64,000 nucleotides of DNA. Origin: Mobula hypostoma. Taxonomy: Eukaryota. Made by a program: the position numbers and the translations under genes. The stretch spans positions 43,836,001 through 43,900,000 of the forward strand of contig NC_086108.1 in assembly GCF_963921235.1 (NCBI RefSeq). Direction: 5' to 3'. The notes under the pieces were generated by a model, which made no database searches, was not told the origin of the DNA, and saw only the letters and a list, made by a program, of their open reading frames with translations. Of this stretch, positions 25,505 through 38,932 are shown piece after piece (the first letter of the stretch is position 1; every line of letters begins with the position of its first letter).

Positions 25505-28190
25505 ATCAGAACTCAACATTAACTTTTAAGACCTGGGTCACTGCACCTCACTCTGCAACAGGATGCTTAACTTCATCAATGGCTGACCTCAACCAGTGAA
25601 GGTTGGCAACAACATCTCCTTCTTGCTGATTATTAATACTAGTGCATCTCAAGGCTATGTACCTAGCTCCATGCTCTACTCTATATACACATCTATGTAG
25701 CCAAGCACAGCTCCAATTCCACACTCAAATTCACTGCCGACACTACTATTGTTGCGATAAATCAACTTACTGGAGTGAGACCTGACACCTGGTTGACTGG
25801 TGTCACAATAACAAAAATCAGCAAAGCTAAAGAGGTGATCGTTGACTTCAGGAAGAGAAAGGAAGGGAAGAAGGTGTGGCATTCTATATTAGAGAATCAT
25901 GATTGAGACAGCAGCTTTAATATACTGGGCATTAACATAACAGATGATCTGTCCTGGGCACAGCACATAGATGCAATCATAAGAAAAGTGTGCCAGTTTC
26001 CTGTGAAAGGCCAAACCTCGGTAACATCCTAAGGAAGTAAAGGATGTTACGGAGGTTTAGCCTTTCACACAACACTACTATGAACTTCTACAGATGGTAC
26101 TATTGAAAGTATCCTGACTGCTTGCATCATGGTCTGGTAAAGCAATTGGAATGCGCACAAATGTAAGAAGCTGTAAAGAGTAATGGACTCTGTCCTTCAT
26201 ATCCCTCCCCACTATTGGTTGCATCTACAGGAGGCACTGCCTTAATAGGCATTACAGGTTTCCCCCGCCATCCGAAGGTAGAGCGTTCCTATGAAACGGT
26301 TCGTAAGCTGGAATGTCGTAAAGCGAAGAAGCAATTACCAGTTATTTATATGGGAAAATTTTGTGAGCGTTCGCAGACCCAAAAATAACCTACCAAATCA
26401 TGCCAAATAACACATAAAACCTAAAATAACAGTAACATATAGTAAAAGCAGGAATGATATGATAAATACACAGCCTATATAAAGTAGAACTACTTCTCTA
26501 GAATGATTGCCTGCACAGATCTCTGTAGCAAAAATCTCACGCAAGCGCTGTTGGCATAAACGCACTCTCCAGTAACCTTTAAACTATGAAGCTGCCAAAT
26601 CTACCAAATAACACGTAAAAATACACAGCCGATATAAAGTAGAAATAATGTACTTACAGTGTAGTATCACTTACTGGAATTGGAAAAACAGCACCGAGCA
26701 CACTGATGATGGTGTGTTAGACTGAGTCGTCGCAAGCTGGGTGGTGCAGTGGCCCCCACCTTCTGGGCCGCCGACCCGATACACTGCCGCGAAGAACGCA
26801 GCGGTAGCCGGGAGGCACACAGCACATCTTTAAGAAAAAAGCCAAAATAAACATGCTAATTAATTAGGTGCTGCCCGGCACGTAATTGTCGGCCCAGGTC
26901 AGAGGCGATTGCCGAATGCATCGCCTCTAGTCTGCGCCGACAATTATGTGCTAGGCGGCACCTAATTAATTAGCATGTTTATTTAGGCTTTTTTCTTAAA
27001 GACGTGCTGTGTGCCTCCCGGCTACCACTGCATTCTCCGCAAATCGGTACAGTATCTGTCTGGGCCCCAGGGGTTGGGGTGGTGGGACACAGGGGTGTCA
27101 TCTCATCATCGATCAGGGCAGGCAGCTCATCTTCTCCTATGACTGCCTGCCTCGATGTCGAAGGTCAAGGTTTGTCGTCTGCTGTGGGTAATGCAGAAGG
27201 CTTGCTTGACTGCTGAGCCTCGCGCATTTTTCTATCACAGTTCTTTGTAAGCACTCAAACCATCCTGCAAATATCCCCTAAACCTACGTACCCTTTCAAA
27301 ATTAAAGTCATACTTTATCATTGCAGCGAAAATCTCACACAGCTGCTTCACGTTCATTTCGCTACTGGATTCGGTTTCGATTGTTATCCTTTGCTCTTCC
27401 AATTGCATCAGCTCTTCATCTATCAGATCTTGGTGATGGGATGCCAAAACCTCTTCAACATCATGTTCGTCAGCTTCCACAAGCCAAACTCACTTTGTCC
27501 TTGCTTCGTTCACCACGATCGAAACGCTTAATTATGTCTAGTTTCACGCTAAGTGTAACACCCTTACGAGCTCTTTCAGGCTTTTCCGACACCTTAGAAC
27601 TCATCTTGCTAATGGCTGCTCAATGCAACGTGTTTAAACAATGCCGTTCCGAATCCGGGGGAGACTGGCTGCTTGGGGCGCGTGCTGCCTTTCTTCGTAA
27701 CAGTGAAAACACGTTCTGAAAGCTAAAACAGGGTACTAATGTAGGTCTTTCGTAACAGTGAGGTTTCGTAAAGCGAACGTTCAAAAAGCGGGGGGACACC
27801 TGTATTCATTATTAAAGATCCTTGCCATCTGGACCATGACATCTTTTTGCAGCTACCATTGGGCATGAGGTATAGAAGCCGGAAGGCCAACACCACCAGG
27901 ATGAAGAACAGCTACATCCATTCAATTCTTAAACCAACTGACAAAACCCTAATCACCACAATATTTAACAACACAATGATCCTCTGATCTCTTTGCATTG
28001 CAATGGTATTTGTTTTTTGTTCTAATTGTGTTTTTCTCTATAAAAATTCTGTATAATTTATGTTTAACTTATATTTTTCATGTGAATGCTGCTTACCTCA
28101 TACCATGTGCCCATAATACTGCTGCAAATAAACTTTTCATCGCATACGGGCAAATATACACTTGTGCATATGACAATCAACTCGACTTTG
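25505..28190 (+). mobile_element. Decayed Rex1/Babar LINE split by a Tigger insertion
   Basis: Homologous to 29375-30475 (ctcaaggctatgtacctagctcc..ctctactctctat; gttgacttcaggaag). It resumes after 27804. Confidence 0.75.
26255..27802 (-). mobile_element. Tigger/pogo-type non-autonomous DNA transposon with both ends
   Basis: TA|CAGGTTTCCCCCGC ... GCGGGGGGACACCTG|TA. Transposase remnant ORF at 27235-27480 and a large internal palindrome. Confidence 0.92.
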
Positions 28191-29374
28191 AGGGAAGAGA
28201 AGCTAAAAACTAGAGGGCATAGATTTAAGGTGAGAGGTGAAAAATGTTAAAGTGACCCAAGGGACAACCTTTTCACATACAAGGTGGAGTATATATGGAA
28301 TTAGAGGCGAGAGTAAGTGGTTAAGGCAAGTACAACATCAACATTCCAAAGGCATTTGAATAGGTACATGCATAACAGGGGTTTAGAGGGATATGGGCTA
28401 AATGTAAGCAATTAGAATTAGTTTGGAGGGCACCAGGGTCAGCATGGACAAGTTGAGCCGAAGGGTCTGTTTACATTCTGTCTTACTCTGTGATTCTATG
28501 ACCTTCTTTTACACTCCAATAAAGAGTAGCCTGCTCAATTTCATAAGATTATCCTTTTTTCCAAGAATAACCCTTTCATGCAAAATGGATGTCCATTTAT
28601 GCCCAAGAGTTGCAGTAACAATTTCTAAACCTGTGTGTTTCAGAAATCCAAAAACATTTCATAACTCGTGTCAAAAAGACGGGAGTAATTTGGTCCTTTC
28701 ACTTCCAGAAGTGAAATTCAATGATGTAAGAACTGACGGAAACTAATTAAGCTTTTACTTAGCTTAAACTGCATTTTGATGATTTCATCTTAAACCACAA
28801 AACTGGTTATTCAGGCTATCCCAATAATTGTGATTCTGTCTGTTCGTTGTAAAACATATTAAATAATACAGACATACAAATAAAGAAGTCACCAAAAGTA
28901 CCCCATTTTAATAATAAAGTTTACTTCTATATTACAAATATAAATTATAATTTTGATCATTGGGAAGAAAATAAATATAGGCTTGTTGTTCATGGTCTCT
29001 TTAAAGAGTGAACATGAAACTATTACAATCATCCAGTGACAAGAGTCTTGCCAGACATTGTAATTTCTACTACGTTTCTTATGTTAATTTTCTTTTGAAA
29101 AATCCCTCATTCCACTTAAACTATCTCACTGCACATTGAAGTCAGCAACTCATGGTAACATATTATTGCATTGTTATATATGAAATGAACAAACGATCTC
29201 AGAGGTAATATTCACAAAGAGACCCTTCTATGTTGATATTTATACCATATGCTAAGATTGTGTAGGGAATCACATTCTTTTTAAGCAAAGACACACAGTT
29301 AAAATCAACACCAGAGAAGTACAAAATACATGAGTACATATTTAAAAAAAATAAATCTAAAACATATAATCTAT

Positions 29375-30475
29375 AGAACCTGGGCCTCTGTACCTCTGCC
29401 TGCAATTGGATCCTTGACTTCCTAACTGGAACACCACAATCTGTGTGAATTGGTAATAATATCTTCTCCTCGCTGACGATCAACACTTGCCCACCTCACG
29501 GATGTGTGCTTAGTCCGGTACTCTACTCTCTCTATATCCATGAGTTTGTGACTAGGTATAGTTCAAATGCCATCTATAAATTTGCTGATGATACAACCAT
29601 TGTTGGTAGGATCTCAGATGGAGACGAGAAGGCGTACAAGAGCAAGATATACCAGCTGGTCGAGTGGTGTTGCAGTAACAACCTTGTACTCAACATCAGT
29701 AAGATGAAAGAGCTGATTGTGGACTTCAGGAAGGGTAGGACAAGGGAACACGAACCAATTCTCATAGAGGGATCAGAAATGGAGAGAGTGAGCAATTTTA
29801 ACTTCCTGGGTGTCAAGATCTCTGAGGATCTAACCTGGTCCCAACATATTGATGCAACTATAAAGAAGGCAAGACAGCAGCTATATTTCATTAGGAGTTT
29901 GTGTAGATTTGGTTTGTCACCTAAAACACTTGCAAACTTCTACAGTTGTACCATCGAGAGAATCCTGACAGGTTGCATTACCTTTGGTGTGAGGGGGCTA
30001 CTGCACAATATTGAGTAAGTTGCAGAAAGTTGTAAAATTAGTTAGCTCCATCTTGGGTATTAGCCTTTGTAATATGCAAGACATCTTCTAGGAGAGGTGA
30101 CTCAGAAAGGTGGCGTCCATCACTAAGGACCCCTATCATCCAGGATATAGCTTCTTCTCATTGTTAGAGTCAGGAAGGAGGTACAGACGCCTGAAGGCAC
30201 ACAACTCAGCAATTCAGGAACAGGTTCTTCCCCTCTGCCACACAATTTCTAAATGGACATTGAAACCATGCACACAACCTCACTTTAAAAAAAAAATTAT
30301 TTTTGTTTTTGCATGATTTTTAATTTAACCATTTAATATAAATACAGTATATATACTTTCTGTAATCAACATATTTATTTATTTATTTTCTATATTATTA
30401 TGTATTGCATTGTACTGCTGTTGCTAAGAAACAAATTTCACAACATATGCTGGTGATATTAAACCTGATTCTTAT
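29375..30475 (+). mobile_element. Rex1/Babar LINE 3' fragment
   Basis: ORF 29506-30018 reads LSPVLYSLY..KFADDTTIVG..WC..NNL.LN..K.KELIVDFR..FLGV.ISEDLTWS. Tail is taaacctgattctt. Confidence 0.92.
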
Positions 30476-31772
30476 CCTGATTAATTCAGCCAGCGCTAAG
30501 ACAGGATGGTGATATAGCTGTGTTATCTGCCAACATGTGAAAAAGTGCCAAACTATATGACTAATAATATTGGTGACCACAAATGGACTATAGCTGTTTA
30601 TAATGCAATCAAGTAAAGCAGACATACAGTATTTTACTCATGTAGCAAACATAAACAGAATTGATGCATGCGAACTTCATGTAGACCACCAAACTTATGG
30701 CTTATGACTTCAAAAGTGGATCAGACTTTTCATTCCTTATTTCACTACTTCAACAAGTTAGGAACTACGAGGACTTTGAAAGTATTGAATGAAGGCAGTC
30801 TACTATCTACACTAGGTGTCAGTGCTGATTTTGTTCATTTGCAGTCAATCAAAAGAACACAGCAGTGTACACTGGATGAATTCCTCCATCGATAACTATT
30901 AGGAACTAATGCACAGATTACAGTACTATAATGGTATTGGTAGCATTACAATTTGTCCTGTATTTCATTTAAATACATAATTTGCTACTGTTAAACAATA
31001 CTTCGTCTTTTTTATACAGAACTTTTTAAACTATTTCCATGAAATTCTGGCGAATTGGGGCAGCCGCTTAATTGGGCCTGATATGTCCCAACTAATTGGA
31101 ATCCACTATAGATTTCTGATACTCAATCCAGAGCCAACATATATCATCACATGTGGCTTGGGTAGGGATAGGTTGGACAAACTTCCATCTATAAGATTCT
31201 AAATTCTAAATTAATCTCTGTGGGAACTTGGGACTTACAAATTGATGACACATTTCCCACACTTTAGCCATGGCTATCCTTTAAAACTAGCATTGTGATA
31301 TCTAGAAGTCATGAAAGGTAGTATACAAATTCATCTACTTTTTTAAAAAAAGAGTTCCAAATACTAAAAATGGTTTCAAAGTAACAAAAGCAAAAATGGG
31401 GAAGGGTTGGGCTGGGAAGGGAGAGTTTGCAAGGATGGCTTACGATATTGCAAGGAACACAGGGAGTTGGAGTTTACCAAACACAAGAATGTTACATTTT
31501 GGTAGGCCTAATCAAAATAGGACATACATGGTAAATGGTAGGGCATTGAAGAATGCAGTAGAACAGAGGGATCTAGGAATAATCGTGCATAGTTCCCTGA
31601 AGGTGGAATCTCATGTGGATAGGGCAGTAAAGAAAGCTTTTGGTATGCTCGCCTTTATAAATTAGAGCATTGAGTATAGGAGTTGGGATGTAATGTTAAA
31701 ATTGTACAAGGCATTGGTAAGGCCAAATTTGGAGTATTGTGTACAGATCTGGTCACCGAATTATAGGAAAGA

Positions 31773-33442
31773 CTAGACAACGGGGTGACCCGTTGGGGCA
31801 CCCTTTGAGAGAAGGACAGTGCAGTCTGATGTGACCAGAATGAACATTAAATTTTCCTGAATGCTATTGCTATCTCTTTGATTTGGAAATTAAAGAAGAA
31901 AAACTCAGCATATTAAAGAAGAAAGATGCATAGCAAGACAAGTATGTAACCAGAATGAACATTAAGTATCCATGAAGTAAATTTGAAGGAATCGGGCTTG
32001 CTGGGTTGGGTCTGGAATTAAATGTCCAATGTAATGATGGATTTGGCCTTGAATAATCACAAAAGGATTCCATCGATTCCTAGTTGGAATGACTTCTTTG
32101 GCGCCAAAGGATGTCATCTGGAAGAGGCAATTGTATTGTCTGATGTTCTTCCTGAACTCGTCTGCAATAGGTTCATCATTGCTGTACAAATTGAAGAGTT
32201 TATTAGGTAGAGGCTGCAAATTGCCTATCCTGACCTGTCCCTTTATACAGCAGAAATGTGCGGGTTCTCCAGTGAATAGGAAGGCATGACAGTGAGGGCA
32301 TACTCTGGTCCTCGAACCAACATCAGTAGAAATGTGACGGCATGCGAGTCGTGCATTTTGCCTTGTTCTTTCTCTGTTGAGGCATATTCGTCAAAAGCGG
32401 CCATTGCCGTCTTCAGCAACTCTTGCAATAATTACTCTGTGCCGCATATTCTCGAGTTGATCTTTCCTTTTCTCCTCTGTCTCTTCCTCTCTCCTCCTTC
32501 TCTGCCTGTTTTTGTCATTCTGGAGACGCACAGCCCTTTCATCCTTCGTGTCTTCATTTCTTCTACCATTTGTTCTTTCTCTCTGATCCTGGAGTCGGCG
32601 GCCCTGGCCTGATCGGATTCTTGTTCTCTCCTCTGTCTGTGACTATTGTTGTCATTTTGGAGACGTGCATGCCTGTCCTTCTCTGTCTCGTCTTCTCTCA
32701 TCTTTTTTGTCCCGACTCTTTGATCCTGGAGTCGTGTGGCCCAAGCCTCATCCGATTGCTGTTCTCACCCTCTCCTTGCCGCTTCTTGACGACGTTTGGC
32801 ATCATCTCTTGACCATAATGTCCCCCTTCTCTTTCCACACGGCATAATTAGGCTATCTATATATTTTTACCCTAATGTTTGATAGAAGCAGTAACACCAA
32901 AGCCTCCAAGCTGCTGAGGCTGGCGGTGTGCATGCGTCGGGCTGTGGCATCACTGTCTCCATGGAAGATGGGAGCGGCTCCGTGAGCATCATGAGGCGCT
33001 GCTGAGGCTGGCCGTGAGCATGCGTCGTGGTGTGGCGTCCCAGTCTCCATAGAAGGTGGGAGCGGCTCTGTGAGCATCATGAGGCGCTGCTGAGGCTGGC
33101 CGTGCGCGTGCGTCATGGTGTGGCGTCGCGGTCTCCATGGAAGGTGGAGCTGGCTCTGTGAGTATCGTGAGGCGCTGCGGAGGCTGGCCGTGCACATGCG
33201 TCGGGCTGTGGCGTCCCGGTTTCCATGATGGTCGATCGGGTCTCGGGTGAAAGGCAGCCTGTTGATTTTTGGCCAATGAGCAATTTTATACGAATATATA
33301 ACCCTAAGCTTTGCCTGCATGCTGTAAGTTAGCGCATTTTAATTCGATTTAGCCAAAAAAAGTGCCGATCTAATGCACCGTTTGCGCAAATTGGAGGTCA
33401 CCAACAGACAGACAGAGCATGAGAGTTTTAGTAGTATATAGA
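31773..33442 (-). mobile_element. Helitron (1670 bp, internally deleted) with Rep N-terminal remnant
   Basis: Starts TCTATATACTAC and ends CGTTGTCTAG with a GC-rich subterminal hairpin. Inserted between host A and T with no TSD. Peptide PLP..L.....F.KNIRQYNCLFQMTSFG...IQGQIHHYIG.L.P....FLQIYFMD is typical of Helitron Rep/helicase. Confidence 0.93.
32910..33230. repeat. 88-bp GC-rich tandem repeat (~3.6 copies) inside the Helitron
   Basis: gctgc(t/g)gaggctggc(c/g)gtg recurs at ~32910, 32998, 33086 and 33174. Confidence 0.9.
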
Positions 33443-35144
33443 TGTCAACAAAATAGAGAGAGTACAGAGAAGATTTACTAGAATGTTAGCTGGATCTCAG
33501 CACCTAAGTTACAGAGCAAGGTTGAACAAGTTGGGTCTTTATTCTTTGGAGCGTAGAAGGTTGAGGGGGGACTTAATAGAGGTATTTAAGATTATGAGGG
33601 GGAAAGATAGAGTTGACGTGAATAGGCTTTTTCCATTGAGAGTAGGGGAGACTCAAACAAGAGGACATGAGTTGAGAGTTAGGGGGCAAAAGTTTAGGGA
33701 TAACATGAGGGGGAACTTCTTTACTCAGAGAGTGGTAGCTGTGTGGAACGAGCTTCCAGCAGAAGTGGTAGAGGCAGGTTCGATATTGTCATTTAAAGTA
33801 AAATTGGATAGGTATATGGACAGGAAAGGAATGGAGGGTTATGGGCTAAGTGCAGGTCGGTGGGACTAGGTGAGAGTAAGCGTTTGGCATGGACTAGAAG
33901 GGCCGAGATGGCCTGTTTCCGTGCTGTAATTGTTATATGGTTATATGGTTATAAGAATATGGAATTACACTGCACTTCAAAACAAATTGTGATAGAAGGG
34001 TTTCTAATGTCTCTGAAGAACAACATAGTGGGAGATGCAGATAACATTTAATTTCAAATTGGATTTTTTCCTGTCCTGAATTACTCTCTCTGGATTTAAA
34101 GAAAGAAATACATATGAACATATTTAAATAAATGTAAAACATAAAATAAAATTATAATTATTAAATTGGAGAGAAACAAGATCACCATTCAGAAGTGAAG
34201 TCATAAAGTATTGTCAGGAATTTTCTCCTCCAAAAACACTGATAGATAAATTGAAGATTTCCAAATTTGAAATGCTGAGCTTTTATAAGGCGAGACTATT
34301 AAAGGATTAAAGGATAATGATCTATGGAAGATAAATCATATCAAGATACAAATAAGTATGCTACAATTGACTAGAAGGGCAGAATAGTTTTAAGGAGCTG
34401 AAGAGCCTTCTGTGTTATTTTCCTAATTTTTTTGGACCAAAATTACACCTGATGATGTGAATCAAACTTTTCTGACTTAATGTTGATTTGCAAAATATAT
34501 CAGAACCAGCTCCATACAATTCCCTTTAAGAAAATTTCTACATCATATTTCATATATAAAAATGTTTCAAGGAATTCAATCGCAAAGGAGAGAATATCAT
34601 ACCATGCTTACGATACATTTAAGCCACAATCCAGTTAGTGGTAGAGGGGAGGTCACTAAACAAACTGTTATCCATTATGGACAATCTGGCACATCCTCTC
34701 CATGACCTATTGAATAAGCAGCGGAGCACCCTTTTGAACAGACTCATTCAACTCTGTTGTCACAAGGATTGTTACCGAAATTCTTTCCTACCAAAGGCAA
34801 TAAGCATATAAAACAGTTCATCTCTGTGCGACAAGAGAACACACATCATAATACAATAGTTTCTGTTTTATTATTTGTATATTATTGAAATTATTGTGTA
34901 TATTATTATTCTACACTTGATTATTTGTTAAGTCTGCACACGGCTAAGTGTTTTTAAATGTTGCTGCTGTAATGAAAAAATTTCCCATTTGGGATCAATG
35001 AAATATCTATTATTATTAATGGCAATTCATTTGATATATCCTGAGAAAAATCCTATATTCTACCAGCTGTTAGTTTTTAATGCCTCTGTTACTCTACTCC
35101 AACATGTCAGGCTACTTAGGAAAGAGGACCCTCATAATGGTCCA

Positions 35145-35846
35145 AGCAACACTCACAACACGCTGTAGGAACTCAGCAGGTCAGGTAGCATCCGTGGAAA
35201 CAATCAGTCAATGTTTCGGGCCGGAACACTTCATCAGGACTGTAGAGGGAAGGGGCAAAAGCCCTATAAAGAAGGTGGGAGGAGGGTGGGAAGGAGAAGG
35301 CTGGTAGGTTCCAGGTGAAAAACCAGTAGGGGGAAAGAATAAAGGGGTGGGGAAGGGGAAGCTGGGAGGTGATAGGCAGGAAAGGTGAAGAAGAAATAGG
35401 GGAAAACACAATGGGTAGTAGAAGGAGGCGGAACCATGAGGGAGGTGATAGGCAGCTGGGGGAGGGGGCAGAGTGAAATAGGGATAGGGGAAGGGAGGGG
35501 GAAGGAATTACCGGAAGTTGGAGAATTCTACGTTCATACCAAGGGGCTGGAGACTACCCAGACGGTATATGAGGTGTTGCTCCTCCAACCTGAGTTTGGC
35601 CTCATTATGGCAGTAGAGGAGGCCATGTATGGACATATCCGAATGGGAATGTGAAGCAGAGTTGAAGTGGGTGGCAACCGGGAGATCCTGTCTGTTGTGG
35701 CGGACGGAGCGGAGGTACTCGACAAAGCGGTCCCCCAATCTGCGTCGGGTTTCACCAATGTAGAGGAGGCCGCAGCGGGAGCACTGGATGCAATAGATGA
35801 CCCCAACAGACTCACAAGTGAAGTGTTGCCTCACCTGGAAGGACAT
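35145..35846 (-). mobile_element. PLE 3' fragment (GIY-YIG and terminus with hammerhead)
   Basis: ORF 35508-35897 reads FTCESVGVIYCIQCSRCGLLYIGETRRRLGDRF...LRLEEQHLIYRLG. Confidence 0.93.
35205..35242 (-). ncRNA. Minimal hammerhead motif, diverged
   Basis: Minus strand reads CAGTC-CTGATGA-agtgttccggccc-GAAA-CATT-GACTG. Confidence 0.62.
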
Positions 35847-37022
35847 ACTGGTCCTACTGCTACTTTTACTAGTTGTACTATTCCTTGCCCACCCCACAGC
35901 TTAAATGTATACAGCCATCTTTTAACTCTTTGCATTCAACATTTTCCAGTCTCCATCAGGTCATCTCATAGATATACTATTACTAGGTAGAAAAGTGCAA
36001 CTCTCTTCCTTTCTCTCTCACAACTCAAAGATCTAACATTAACAATCATCCTTTTGGCTCCCTACACACTACCTCCTGAACTTGAATGGCTTACACATTT
36101 CTTCGAGACCAGAAGGACATATGTTACTCATCACAATGAAATCTACCAGATAATTCTCGGTCAAGCTTGTATTTTCCTCCTTTTGATTAGTTATTTAAGT
36201 AACATTCACGATGTATTGGTCACATTAGTTTCTATATACATTAGGTGTAATTTGACATTACTTACTTCATTCACTTGTTTTATTTCATTTATTCTCTAAT
36301 TTATAAAGTTCGAGATACTTTTATTATCAAAGTATGTATACTATAAAGAACCTTGAGATACATCTCTTTACAGGCAGCCACAAAACAAAGAAACCCAATA
36401 GAATCCATTAAAAATAGACCATCAAACACAATGTGCAGAAAAAGAAAATTGTGCAAATAAAGTTGAGGAAATAATGTTCAAAACTGAAGTTCATGAAAGT
36501 GAGTCCACAGCCACGAAGTCAGTCACAGCTGAACACCAGCCTGTCCGCTCCTCCGGCGCACACACCCTGACTTTTTCAATCTGGCTCGGAGCTTAAACCA
36601 GCCAACAGTGGGTTGTTCCTCGCTCTTGGACCAGTGGCCTACCACTTCGATAGGCTCTTGGGTCCAGGACCTGCTAGTTGCCAGTTTAATTGAAACTATT
36701 CTAATATGGCAAATTTAAACAATTTGTATTGATTTTCTGAATCCATATAAGCTGTGTAAATTAGAAACAAGCTACAACAAAGATCACTAGGATACACCCC
36801 TCAACACTTGTATTTCATGTTACTCATCTAACTATTTTGCTGTTTTCCACCTTTATGATCAATGCCTATACATTCAAGTTTACCTTGAATGCCCATGGCT
36901 GTAAAATTTTGATATTCTGAGAGTCAAAATAATAGTTATAGATAAACAGCATGGAAATGGAGTCTACAACCCATCAAGCCCTGTACCAATCACCAACCAC
37001 CCAGTAACACCAATCCTACATA

Positions 37023-37551
37023 CACTCAGTGGTATCTTTATTAGGTACAGAACTAGAACCCGGTGTGGTCATCTCCTGCTATAGCCCAACCACGTGTTGT
37101 GGGTTCAGAAATACTTTTCTGCACATCAGTGTTGTAATGTGTGGTTATTTGATTTACTGTCACCTTCCTGTCAGCTTGAACCAGCCTGGCCAATCTCCTT
37201 TGATCTCTCTTTTTAACAAGGCATTTTCGCCCACAGAACTGCCACTCACTGGATGTTTTTTTTTGTTTTTCACACCACTCTTTAAAAACTCTAGAGACCA
37301 TTGAGCATGAAAATCCCAGGAGATCAACAGCTTCTAAAATATTCAAACCACCCCATCTGGCACCACCAATCATTCCATGGTCAAAGTCACCTTGATTATA
37401 TTTCTTCACCATTCTGATGTTTGGTCTGAACAATAACTGAACCTCCTGACCATGTTTAAATGTGTTTATGCATTGAGTTGCTGCCAAATGATTAGTTATT
37501 TGCATTAACAAGCAGGTGTACAGGTGTACATAACAAAGTGATCACTGAGTG
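37023..37551 (-). mobile_element. Tc1-type non-autonomous element
   Basis: TA|CACTCAGTGGTATCTTTATTAGGTACA ... TGTACATAACAAAGTGATCACTGAGTG|TA. Tc1 HTH remnant reads GMIGGAR..G....E..DLLGFS...VSRV.KEW. Confidence 0.88.
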
Positions 37552-38932
37552 TAAATCTGATATATAATTCTCCCCAGCATGCCATCAATTATCACTCACC
37601 TACGTTCTCCAATAGCAGCCTGATATTATGGAATCCACAACATAAATAGGACTTTAGTCAGTACTGTAAGAGATTCAAAACAATGTGGACACCAATTAAA
37701 GACTAAAAATTGCTTGAGATCCTTCTGAATCTCTTGTGTACCTTCGGGTAAAGTTTTGGCTGATACAGCTGAAGCAGATCAGTGGAATCATTGGCTGATG
37801 ACATATTTCCATATGAGCCTGTGTACCTAATAAAGTGGACACTGAGTGTAAATCAGCCATAACTGAATGGTGAAGCAAACTCGATATGCTGAATAAGGCA
37901 ACAAGGCAATAAAACGACTGGTCTCAGGAAGATATTCCCAACCAAAGAATATCTCTCTTTTCTGCCCAGCTAACTTCACTAATTATAAAAAACACTGAAT
38001 AAAATCTTCTTTAAAATTTATTGTTTTTCATGTTTTTTTCTTGTTATTTCTTATTATTTTCTTGGTTTTTTAGCCCTCCCTAGGGATCAGCACATCAAAG
38101 AACTTTGTGAATGATTCACAACACCAATTCCACAAAGAGAGGCCAGTGAATAAACTGCTGAGCATGTATGTGTAATGATGTCATGAGAATATTCAGACCA
38201 TAATATTTCCAAAATTATATCACTATGTTAAGACTAGAAATATGTGAGCTACAAAATATTTCAATCTGATTCCTGATCTTCACTGGGGTGCTGCATCTGA
38301 ATCTGAACACAGTACAGACATTACAGTAAACCTCAATATGGGAGGGGAAATAAACAATAAATACTTTTGGTATTAACTACTATCAAGAACTACTTGCTGG
38401 TCTGGGATAGAATTGGACAGAACTTGATAGAATTTGACAGAAATTGGATAGAATTTGAAGCTTGCAGTCAAGATAATTTGGTGACTTGTGCTTAAGCTCA
38501 AACCTACTTAATGACCACTTAGGTGGCATACTAGTAGATACTAGTTGAGATAAAAAAGAAGTCAAAAGGGAGAAAAATGGAAAAATATAAAGAGATAAAG
38601 GAATTTTGATGAGTTCTATAAAAAATATCAATTATTCATTTGTAATGCTTCCAATCATTGGACCATTTGACACAATTGATTCTGTTTAATTTATACCTAC
38701 TTGGGTTTCAGTATTAAGAATAGGAACCAAGATATGAGAAAAACCAGAACCAGTAATCACTGGAATCAGGTCCAATGATTCCCTAAAATAACAACATAAG
38801 AAATGTTAACATTACACACCAGATAAATTACCTGAATGACATAAGTTGAATTGGTGTATCACCAAAAACACTTGCAAGTTTCTATGGATTCACCATGACT
38901 GAATTTGTTAGTACATGAAAAGTTCTCTATTA

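Larger units (their letters stand above)
31490..33952 (+). mobile_element. CR1 3' fragment interrupted by a Helitron
   Basis: ...TATAGGAAAGA (31772) rejoins TGTCAACAAAATAGAG (33443), restoring YRKDVNKIERVQRRF. ORF 33483-33869 is the CR1 C-terminus. Confidence 0.93.

Noticed and set aside
32853..33320. 155-aa and 95-aa ORFs with repeated peptides
   Set aside because: They arise from the GC-rich 88-bp tandem repeat and have no recognisable domain.
38407..38460. Short ~10-bp tandem repeat (gatagaattg-like); together with the 88-bp array, considered as CRISPR-like
   Set aside because: These are degenerate tandem units with no unique spacers, in a eukaryotic context.
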